From positions 192,944,001 to 193,008,000 of the forward strand of contig OZ024743.1 in NCBI GenBank assembly GCA_964016885.1: DNA of 64,000 nt, read 5' to 3'. The translations under genes and the position numbers were made by a program. The stretch is from Eledone cirrhosa. Its lineage: Eukaryota. Shown piece by piece: positions 1 through 10,721 of this stretch. The first letter of the stretch is position 1, and every line of letters starts with the position of its first letter. A model generated the notes under the pieces. The model saw only the letters and a program-made list of their open reading frames with translations, searched no databases and had not been told where the DNA came from.

Positions 1-199
1 TGTGTGCGTATGTGGGTGTATGTGTATGTATGTGTGCGTGTGTGTTAGGCCTACGTCAAGGACCATTTGAAACCATGACAGGGTCCCTAGGCTTTCTAGT
101 TTATCAGAACCACCGCCCTCTGGTACTTCAATCGTTCCCTCCTCTACAGCAAAACATCGAGGGCCTCTGCAGCTTCATCCTAGCCAGCCTAATTATTAT

Positions 200-465
200 G
201 GCACTGCCTTCGTCGTTTCCGAAGTGTTCCAGTTGTTTGATCAATGGAATAGCATTCCATATACACATTTATCCGTAAGGTATTTCTCAGGGAGATTCAG
301 CGTGACACAATTATGTGACAAGACCCACGTTTTGAATTACAGGTATAGCTGTTTTTCTCAACTGAGTAGACTACAGCAAGGTGAAATATAATGTCTTGCA
401 GCCGAGAATCTAACACATGACCTCACAACAGGTAGCCGAACATCCTAACAACTAACCCATACGCC
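200..465 (-). mobile_element. SINE, degenerate
   Basis: Shares ctcagggagattcagcgtgacac...tttgaattacaggta with copies at about 1510-1870, 14945-15240, 41180-41420 and 48720-49015. Confidence 0.6.
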
Positions 466-1109
466 TTGATAAATATATAACTATGTAAAGGATGAGGATT
501 TTAGGTGCCTATAGGGCTTTGAGTGAGCATAGATACCCTCTCAAACCCCCCAACCCCCCAACCCCCAGCTCTAGATCCAGGATGTGACAACTAGAGGGGA
601 AAAAGGCTGCCCAAGTATTGACCTGCAACTGTTTTTAACCTAGAGGTTAAAAGCAATACCACACAGGGTTAAACTCAATGCACAGGCCGGCAAAATAAAT
701 TCCCAACTTTTAAACGACACTGTAAAGTCTAATTAATTATTTTAAAGACAGTAGTGCAGTATTTGAGGGAGGTTTTACGGTAATAAATCCTGCTTTTCGG
801 TTGCTATTTCTAGCAGGGAATTTGACTGGTTAGAGGTCTCTTTATTTACTCGCCATGCTTACACATATTTAATGTTGCTTAACACAAAGTCAACTTTGAT
901 TAAAGTCTATTAATCCAAACTATTCCAGTCATGACGATCCCTTCTCTTTTAGACATACGCTGTAAAAATAGTGAACATACATGACGACGTAGTTTTTATT
1001 CTTAGTTCTACCCCGTTAAACGGAGTTGCTTCCCTTGAAACTAAGTCCTCCCTTTCACCCAATATACGTTCCTTATGAGAAGTCTGTTAAGATAAATAAT
1101 TGTTTCTAC

Positions 1110-1220
1110 TTTTTGGCACAAGGCCAGCAATTACCCAGTGCATTACTGGTACTTTATTTTATCGACCCCGTAAGGATGAAAGGCAAAGTTAACCTCGGGG
1201 GGATTTGAACTCAGAATGGC
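1110..1220 (-). mobile_element. tRNA-derived SINE fragment
   Basis: ggtactttattttatcgaccccgtaaggatgaaaggcaaagttaacctcgg...atttgaactc (B box on minus strand); same family at about 15475-15650, 25800-25925, 29925-30115, 35005-35200 and 45335-45515. Confidence 0.7.
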
Positions 1221-1380
1221 AAATAATATTTATCTTATATATATTATATATATTTGTGTATAAGTCACACTCGCTCGTAGAGAAATCGTATGGTGGCTTC
1301 TCGTGTCATATTTTTATGGGAAAGAGCGCGACCTATATAGTAGATGTATAGTATGTAGCTTAGCCAGATCTACTGTATTT

Positions 1381-1381
<1 letters not shown>

Positions 1382-1467
<86 letters not shown>

Positions 1468-1472
1468 TATAT
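1382..1472. repeat. (CA)n(TA)n microsatellite
   Basis: Direct reading. Confidence 0.95.
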
Positions 1473-1509
1473 GACGAACGACAGCGAAGATAGTCGTATA
1501 CACTAATCT

Positions 1510-1870
1510 GGACTTCCGTCAGTTTCGACAGTGAGCATTCTAGTTGTTCGATCAACGGAACCTACTCATAAAATTAATCTGCAAGTCGCCGAGCATTCAC
1601 AAACACATCCTTAACATAATTCTCAAAGCGACTCAGCGTTACATTGTGTATGACAAGTTTAGCCCTTTGAATTTTGGGTACTGTCCATCTGACGGGCTTC
1701 CATATAGTTTCCGTCTACCGAATTTCAATCACAAGGCTTGATCACAAAACCATAATAGATCACAAAACTATAATAGATAACAATTGCTCATAATACCATA
1801 CACTGAGATCGAACCCGGGACCTTATGATTACGAAGTGAGCATCTTAACCATTCGGCTATGTTGCGCCTA
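1510..1870 (-). mobile_element. tRNA-derived SINE, composite
   Basis: Minus strand has tagccgaatggttaag (A box) and ggttcgatctc (B box); body shared with other copies in the window. Confidence 0.65.
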
Positions 1871-2697
1871 CACTATTCATAGAATACAATGGAATTTAAT
1901 TTTCAAAACCGAGGAATGTCAAATATGATGGTATGTTAGTTAAGTGTCTTTACACGAATCCCGCAACACAGTGTGATGATACCATACAAATCTTTGACAA
2001 TGTATTCGGCAGTGAATTTATTGATTTGGCTGCGTTAATCATTCTGGGAATTTGATTAATATAAATAACTGGGAATTATTTCCCTTGGCAAATCCTAAGA
2101 GTTATCTCCCTTATCTTTTATATTAACTTAATTTTTGTTAAACAAACGGGGAATTTTCTAAATGAGCGCTCGACGTGTTGGAAACACACGTCGGATTGTA
2201 CATTGGCTAGAAAATCGGTAGTATACATGTATATAATTTCTTAAAAATGCGATAGATGTCTTCCAGCGGGGATATGCGTACCTTCACGTTCAGGATTAAA
2301 ATTAATCAAATTATGATTGGTTTAGCTTTAGTTTTCATTCTTCTGAGTTTCTAGACACTATCAAATTATTTGTGGGCTATGTTAGAGTTTCACAATGACA
2401 AGCCTCCAGGTTCGATCCCGGACTCGGTTTTATTCAAGCATTGTGAGTGAAATCGAGTAGACAGAAACTGTTTTAACGACAGTTTTACTTGCTTGGTATT
2501 TAATAGACTGTTTCTTTTGGTTTTTTTTGTTTGTTTGTTTGTTTTTTAGCATTCTGATCTCTTCACGTTTAAGATTTTCTCTTGTGTAAAACCAAACCAC
2601 CAAATTGATTCGTATGGGCACTGTCGTGATGTAATTCCCGTCTTGGGCATTTTAAAAACTTGGCGATCTACAGGTTTCAGCACAGACGATTGCTTCC

Positions 2698-2850
<153 letters not shown>

Positions 2851-3182
2851 CTTGAGGGATTACCTTTCTGCTGATTTACGACCTCAATTCCGTGGGGTGT
2901 GCGTGAATCCTGATTCCGCTAATTGACACGTGGGTAGCACTTTACTCCAGTAAATACGGCTGGGAGACCCTTTCAAGAACTCATATGTCTGCTGGACGCA
3001 CGAATAGAAGGACGTGTGTTTTTATTCTTGCCAGCAACATATCACAAAATCGAATTTCATCTGAGGATAACAACAACAAATGCTTGCATTAAATCTTGAT
3101 TGCATGGGGGAACCGTTGAAATATGTATAATGAATAAATAAACGATTTATGTTACATCAGCATCCATCTTTATTAATGTTAT

Positions 3183-3184
<2 letters not shown>

Positions 3185-3245
<61 letters not shown>

Positions 3246-3257
3246 ACATACATACAT

Positions 3258-3290
<33 letters not shown>

Positions 3291-3366
3291 CACATACATA
3301 CATACATATGTTATATATGTATGTATATATATATGTATATATATACATGCATATATATATATACAT

Positions 3367-3446
<80 letters not shown>

Positions 3447-3477
3447 ATGTATATATATATATGCATGTATATATGTA

Positions 3478-3533
<56 letters not shown>
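3185..3533. repeat. Compound (TG)n/(CA)n/(TA)n/(GA)n microsatellite
   Basis: Direct reading. Confidence 0.97.
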
Positions 3534-3538
3534 AATGC

Positions 3539-4246
3539 AATTTCATTTCTCACTCTTAGTACGGCTGATACTTAAATATAAGTATGTATACGTAGATACA
3601 TATATGTAGACAGGTGTTACGTAGTATGTATATACAAACAAACCGAGCATTATAATAAATGTTCGGTAAACCCATACGTACATATGTATATGTGTGCATG
3701 TATGTATGTATATACATACTACTGTACGTCTGTATACATATATGTATGTACGTATACATACTTATATTTAAATATCAGCCGTACTAAGAGTGAGAAATGA
3801 AATTTCCATTTTTTTCCATTTATCGTTTTCGGTACGCCCGGCTGACTAACTCACTCGATATGAAAATTTAGCTGCTCAGCCGTTAATATGCATAAGGAAA
3901 GTATATACTTTTAAACGTTCAATCGACTGACAGGAAGGTATACGGTGCTGACGACAGCTAATAAGTTCATCGTTCCTTTGTCAGTGTTGAACAAAATGGC
4001 AACGATGGTTGCCGAACACTGTACTGCTAATAATTCGGGCTGTTTGTTTACAAACAAACCGAGCATTATAATAAATGTTCGGTAAACCCATACGTACATA
4101 TATATATATGTGTGCATGCATGTATGTATATACATACTACTGTACGTCTGTATATATATATGTATGTCATATACATACTTATATTTAAGTATCAGCCGTA
4201 CTATGAGTGAGAGATGAAATTTCATTTTTTCCATTTATCATTTTCG
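3539..4246. repeat. Inverted plus direct repeat structure
   Basis: 3539-3593 is the near-perfect reverse complement of 3749-3804; 3634-3832 is directly repeated at 4050-4246. Confidence 0.85.
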
Positions 4247-4249
4247 TGG

Positions 4250-4760
4250 ATGGTCCCTCAAGGTCCTTCAAGGACTCAAGTATAGACTACTCCATTTAAT
4301 GGAAAGTCATCACTAAGTCCAAGACTATGTATTGATGAACGGATAAATATTCTAAAGAGATTACGCAATAGCGATTGCCTAAACTCGAGATATGAATTCT
4401 TCACACGCTGTCCACATATCTGGAAACACCTCTTACATAACTACAAAGCTCCGGATTGAATAACAACAACATCCTAATTTTCTTATTAACTAGAACCTTT
4501 CGGACTTTCGCAGTTATCTCCCTTAAACCTCTCGCACGCAGTTTTGTATTGCCTGGGTGAAGTGACCGTTTCTGCGCATGCGCGTTCATACGGTTGTCCT
4601 TCCTGTTCCGTATAACCATGTCCATTACGAGCTGAGGATCCGCTAAGGTGAAACAATTGTTCTCGGTATGGTGAACTAACTGTTGTGTTACCCATTCTAC
4701 CTAACTCGTCCCATGGACTGAGTGTTCTGCCACTACAGATATTACCTTACAGTGTTCTAC
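4250..4760 (+). mobile_element. Penelope-like element 3' end with pseudo-LTR
   Basis: RLCIDERINILKRLRNSDCLNSRYEFFTRCPHIWKHLL resembles the C-terminus of the PLE GIY-YIG domain (LC..EK..I...LN.R.E....C.H); followed by a hammerhead motif. Confidence 0.75.
4628..4665 (+). ncRNA. Minimal type I hammerhead ribozyme
   Basis: CGAG-CUGAGGA-UCCGCUAAGGU-GAAA-CAAUUG-UU-CUCG: stem I CGAG/CUCG, CUGANGA core, short stem II, GAAA, palindromic stem III ACAAUUGU; predicted cleavage after 4661. Confidence 0.8.
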
Positions 4761-5511
4761 CTCTATATATATATGTATGTGTGTGTGTGTGTATATATAT
4801 ATATATAGAGAGAGAGAGGGGGGAGGGGGGCGATCCCGGTACTGGATAGGTGATTTCGAAAAAAATGAAAGACAAAGTTGATTTCGGAGGGTTTTGAATG
4901 CAGGGCGGAGAACTACAAGTATTGTATCTAGCGTCATAATAATTCTGCCAATTCGCCGCCATTACACCTACACTCACCCTCACCAAAAGTTACGCATACT
5001 TTAGCACGATGGCACATGATCTGAACAAAATTGTGTTAATATGAAATAGGAATTATTGTAACTGAGAATGAATTTTTAGAAAATTGACCTATCACAATAT
5101 TACTAGTGATTTGGTAGTTTTAATGAAATAGTAGCGTCATCCTCTTCCCCTCCCCGTCTCTTCACCTGCCCTTCCATTTCTCCTCCTATATCATCCTCAT
5201 CCTAATCCTCATCATTGTCATGGTCATCAGCACGTCATCTCCTCCTCCTCCCAACTATCACCATCACCACCACCGATTATAAAAATGAGGATGATGATGA
5301 TGCTGATGTCTTTATTTAACATGTGTTGAACGACAATCTCGTAAATTTTGATATTTATATTGAAGCAAAGTTTTTTTGTTTTTTTTTTAAATACGATGTA
5401 TTATTCTTTCAGAACAGAAAATCATTCCAATATGAAATAAGGTTGATGTGTTGTGTTTTTTTTTTTTTTTTTTTTTTTTTCTTAATTACTCGATGCAAAT
5501 AGAGTAATATA

Positions 5512-5692
5512 CGAGGGCGGCTGAAAATTTCATAGGCTGAGCAAGATATTCTCATGAAATGACCAAATGAGGTTTATTTTTCAACATAATCCCTAGAAAG
5601 AAACAATGCAGTTGAAATTTCTGCATGCGAGATTTCACAGCTCTACTATTATTCCTTTATAGTCAGCGTATGAACTTTTCAGCCGACCCTTA
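5512..5692. mobile_element. Tc1/mariner-type MITE
   Basis: TA-cgagggcggctgaaaatttcataggctga ... tcagcgtatgaacttttcagccgaccct-ta, imperfect TIRs of about 29 bp. Confidence 0.7.
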
Positions 5693-7879
5693 CACTTTTG
5701 AGTCGCACAATTTCATGCTTGAAATAAAATGTATCTAAATGAAACATGTAAGAATTACACATTAAATGTGTATTTCCGATAGTATTAAACTGTAATTTCC
5801 AATTCCGCCCTGTTAACTGTTATTCCATTCCTTTAAAACAAAATGTTAGCTGGAAAATAGATAAACTTGTAAATGTAAGTTCTAAGTTGAGTCCAATCCA
5901 ATCCAAAACCTTCTCACTCCTGTTGGGGGACCCCGCCCTCCATTTGGTTAACCGGCACCATTTTGTTTGATTTTGGTCATGTCAAGGGTGTAGCCGTACT
6001 CGTCATGCTTGACCAATTGTGGGTTTATTAGGCTATTTAACCCATATTTGGGGTGGATGCCGTTGTCTCTGAGGAATTCAATTGCTTTTTTAAAAGCTCT
6101 TGTTTGTTTTGTTTTGGTTTATTTTTTGTTTTTGTGCTGCTGGGGTTCCACTAACCCTCATCACCAGACCAGAGTCTGGTGGGGAGTCCGCTTAGTCGCC
6201 TACCACTCGACCATGAAGCAAATTGTACTGGGTTACATGGTACCAGTAGCACGCAGAAGCCTGACCTGACCTTAAAGTTTACCATGTAAAGAGGGTTTGC
6301 TAAGAAAATAGTATTTTAAACTGGGAAATAATAAATGTATAACATACTGGGAGAGTATGAATAATAATATATTTGCTGTTTATTGTTGAAACATAAATTA
6401 CTTTTGCTAATATCTATGGTATTTATTTTATGGAATTCAATCAAGAAGAAAAACATTTGGTTCAAAGTGCAGTGAATATTGAATATGAACACCATTTTTC
6501 CTGCTAAAGGAAGGGTTAAACTTATGAGACTTACGACACACCCCATATTCACCAGGGGGTCTTTTGGGGGACAATGTTATACAGGAACAAGCGTTTTAAG
6601 ACCATGTTCCATCTTAAAGGATTAGCTTTGCGAACCCCACGATAGGCTTCTTACTCAACACGGGTTCCTTTATGAAGCAATATTTTATAACCAAATGTCA
6701 TTTCCTGGTGCCAACCCTTTTAGTCACCTCTTACTCAATGCAGGGATACATTGTATCTGTTCATTGTATCTATAACAACAACAACAACAACAACAATGGG
6801 GTTCTTTTTAAGACAGTGTTTTACACCCAGATGCTCTTTGTGGTGTCAGTCTTTTTAGTCGCTTCATGCAACACAGTGATATGGTGTTGCAAGCAGGACC
6901 GGATTTAATGGGTAAAAGGGGCAATTCCCTCCACCCCCGCATTTATTACCTATCTATTTCTCTTAACCACTCCTATAGCTGACACTATCCCATTTAGTCT
7001 GCAGATAATTACTTCTCGACCAATAGCAAGTACCATTTAAGTAGAACCAGAGACTGTTCGATACCCATTGGTCAACTTAACAGTCCTCCATCATTATTCT
7101 CGTCACTATCAAAATAACTAAGAACTATCCATTTTCTGGGCATTTGTAGACATAAAAAGTCTATCGTAATGCGTAAATGATCGGATAGTCCAATATCTCC
7201 TAACAGCCCTGCATAGAATGACACAACTCACTAATGAAACACGTGTAAAAATGTAGAGTTAAATAATATTTTTTTCTAATCAAGCCTTGTATGTTTTTTC
7301 CTAACACAACTTTTATATGTACTTCGCGAATTATTGGAACCTGAAAAAATACCCATGGATTAACATCTGAAATATTATCTCGCTGGATTCAATTAATCAT
7401 GTTGAGTGATCTATCTGGTAAGTTGCCACTTGATTAACAGTTACATAATTATTCTACAAGTCTGATTATCCAACAAAAAAATGAAAACTACCATATCTTC
7501 TTATATATATATATATATATGTGTGTGTGAGTGTGTGTGTGTATAGTGCAGACTTGACTGGCTAGATTTAATTAACAGCGGCAGTAACATAGCATGATAC
7601 AGAATAGAATTGCAAATATAATACATATTTTTCAAATCTCTTAAATGCACCAGCAGTTATAGCAAGTAGAGAAATTCTCCCCGTTGAACACGATTTCAAC
7701 ATTAACACTGAGGCTGAAATAGAGGCAGCTATTAAAGGCCCCAGGTTGACGACTTTGAATATGCAGACGATATCGGCCTGTTGGAGAATGAATTTGAAAG
7801 CAGTCAAAAGCAACTTGACACACAGGCCTCTACAGCTAAAGAAATTTGTTAATTAATATAGAGATAAAACAATACAGTA

Positions 7880-8302
7880 TGTTGCTACATAACCTTGAAT
7901 TACAGAGGGTACAGTCACTATGCTTCTCAGAAACTTGGATCAGCCAAGATTGTGTAAAGGTATGCGTATGGTTATGACTGAACTACAGCCTCACATTATC
8001 AAAGCCAAAATCACCACTGTGGTAAGGTAGACATCACATTTATACCTAGAATGCTGCTAATACTAACAGATGTCTCCTTTCGTTTCAAATGATTGCAATT
8101 TCCAGTGAAAGTCAGTTACACAATGACCATTAACAAATCCCTAAGGTCAAACACTGCAGATTGTTGGTCTCCATCTAGAAGAGGGATGTTTCTCACATGG
8201 TCAATTGTATTTAGGTTATTCCAGATTAGGAAAACCCCACAAGCTCTCATATATGCTCCAAAGAAAAAAGTTAAAAACATTGTATATACTGAAGTTCTGT
8301 AA
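7880..8302 (+). pseudogene. Helitron RepHel Pif1-helicase C-terminal remnant
   Basis: TMLLRNLDQPRLCKGMRMVMTELQPHIIKAKI, FIPRMLLILTD, QFPVKVSYTMTINKS, CFSHGQLY and KNIVYTEVL* across frameshifts and stops. Confidence 0.88.
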
Positions 8303-8835
8303 ATCTAAACTATAATAAAGGAAGGTCTGCGGGACTGCGTACGGTTTATTTTTTTATCCCGTTAGTAAAATAAGTTGGATTACTTTGAATAAATAATGAA
8401 TGAATATTACATAATTTATTTACTAAATTTCGTAAACAAAAATAATTTCGTAAAAATAAATAATTTAAAATTGACTTCTTTTCAAAGTTGCACTTCCGGT
8501 ATATTGGTGCCACCACCACCACCACTTCAACTACCATATATATAGAAAGAGAGAGTGTGTGATGTCAACACTTCTGGTGGCGATCACTTAAATAAACATA
8601 CTAATTTTCTCCTAATGCAGTTTATATATATCGTCTTTTTTTAATGTATCATGGATTACGTTACTGATTACATAAGACAGTGTAACAACGTCTTCCTTCA
8701 ATTTCTGTGTATATTGTCAATTACGATTTTATTTGATGTATCATATCTACATGTATATATACTTGCGTATAATATCAATATACACACCACACATGCTAGC
8801 AGAAAACCACCCTTCGGGTGGTTTTTCTGCTAGTG
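8303..8835 (+). mobile_element. Helitron non-coding 3' part with terminal hairpin and CTAGT
   Basis: Ends ctagcagaaaaccacccttcgggtggtttttctgctagt; internal sequence recurs at 20826-23005. Confidence 0.65.
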
Positions 8836-8869
8836 TTTTATAATGTTCGTAGAATACATTTTTCTATTT

Positions 8870-9790
8870 CTTAATTCGGCTTACTGCCTTCCATCACTGG
8901 TAAACACGGCTCCGAGATACTTGAACCTCACCTACTTTAGTGAAACTCCACTCACACTTAGAGTGCAATGCTCAGGCTTTCTTGAGAGGACGAGTGTCTC
9001 AGTTTTGGGAGCACAGATTTTCATTCCTGCCATACAGTTTTCGGTATCAAACCTATCAAATGCATGTCGGAGATCCCCTTCTGACGAGTTAAGTAATAAC
9101 ATATCGTTCGTAAATTCCAGCCGACTGATTCTATACCTGCCTGTCCTGATACCACTTCCAGCCCAGCTGCACACGTCAATCCTAAACATGAAGATTATAA
9201 ACAGAAGCGACAGTATGCTCTATTGATGGAGTCCGACACTCACATTGAATGGTTTTTGCTGTATCCGAACACAAATCTTATGGCATTCGTATGGAGATAT
9301 CAGAGCAACAAGAAGCTGTTCATCGATCCTATCTATATTTCTGCAGAATATACTTCTTGGCAATACTCCCACGATTTCTCAAAGACCTGTTACTGTGTGA
9401 ATATTTGGTCAGCTGTGTTGTATCCAGGGGCGAAAACAACACTGTTCGTCAGTTAGCGGGGACTCGACAATTCCCTTACATATCTTTGCCAGACACTTAG
9501 CACAGACTTTACCAGGGGGGGGGGGGGGGGTAACAAGGAGATTCCGCTATAATTGGAGAAATCCCGCTAGTCTCTCTTTTTGAAAATTAGGATCATCAGT
9601 TCTGATTGTAATTGCTTAGGTGTCTTTCCAGAAATCCAGGCCACCTGGTACACACGAGTCAGCAAGAGAATACCTTCTCTATTTAAGGCGTTTAACATCA
9701 TCATTTTCCATGTTTGAGCTCTGTAATTTTTCTTGTGACCTGAGCCTCAGAAAGATTAGTCAACGCTCCCAGATGCATCTCATGTACATC
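8870..9790 (-). mobile_element. RTE-clade LINE RT fragment, second family
   Basis: ISRLEFTNDMLLLNSSEGDLRHAFDRF...AGMKICAPKTETLVLSRK then FKYLGAVFTSDG; degenerate. Confidence 0.75.
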
Positions 9791-10154
9791 AGGCGTTGTT
9801 GTGATCGGGTTTAGGAGATCAGCAAAGTATTCCACGTAAAAATTAGTTATACCTTCTTTTTTCCAGCCTCGGAGAGGTGGTGGACACTGCCAAGGCTCAT
9901 TAAAATGCTATGATAAAACATCTAGAATGACAACTCAACAACTGTTTACACCAGTTTCGGGAACATGGTTTATTGATATCCTGCTTGAATAGAGTGGCGG
10001 TGTTTTTTAACTCCATGTGACTTCTCAAATAGCAGACCGAGATTAAAGACATTCCAGTGGTGACCATCTAACCTTTATTTCTGGCAAAATATCTACAGCA
10101 TTTTTACATGCTTGTAGAAATTAAGAGTTCTCTACGGTATGGTCGCTTAATTTC

Positions 10155-10620
10155 TTTCTGCCCATGTGTCACTACCATGCAACATCAAACATCACACACA
10201 GGCATCATATCGCCTGTCTTTCGTTTGTAGAAAATCTTCTGTTTTCAACAGAGGTAGTGCTTCCCTGAACTATTTCCATCCTGTTCTTATTCTATCTACT
10301 CTGCTCTCACATCAACTTATTCCACTACAAATTAGATCACCTCGATAGCAACCATTACACCTGTCATTGTGTATGCGGTAACTAATCCTAGCTGTCCCCA
10401 TTTTTCCACGCTTGTCTCTTGGCTTTAACAGCTCTATCCATCGTGCTGTTCCACCACCAGGTTCCCTTTCTTATGGCAAAGGCCACATGTCTCTTCGATA
10501 GACTGGCTGAGGATCACTTCTTTGACACAGTATATATCTACACATCTCCTCTCAAGTAACTCTCCAATTTCTCGAGATTTACCTTTCAGAGTACCCACAT
10601 TAAGAGTGACAGCCCTGAGA
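10155..10620 (-). mobile_element. Highly degenerate RTE fragments
   Basis: Similar to the RIRTGWKKFRE, TWWWN and VGTLKG segments of the RTE copies. Confidence 0.55.
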
Positions 10621-10721
10621 TGTTTTACCTTACTGTAGTGATTAGGCCATCCTTTGGTAGTTTTATATAAATATTTATATATGCTTAAGTATAAGGATGT
10701 GATGTGCGTGTGTGTATGTAT

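Noticed and set aside
7880-8302. Host PIF1 helicase gene
   Set aside because: Intronless fragment with stops and frameshifts, ending in the Helitron-typical NIVY.EVL and followed by a Helitron-like terminus.
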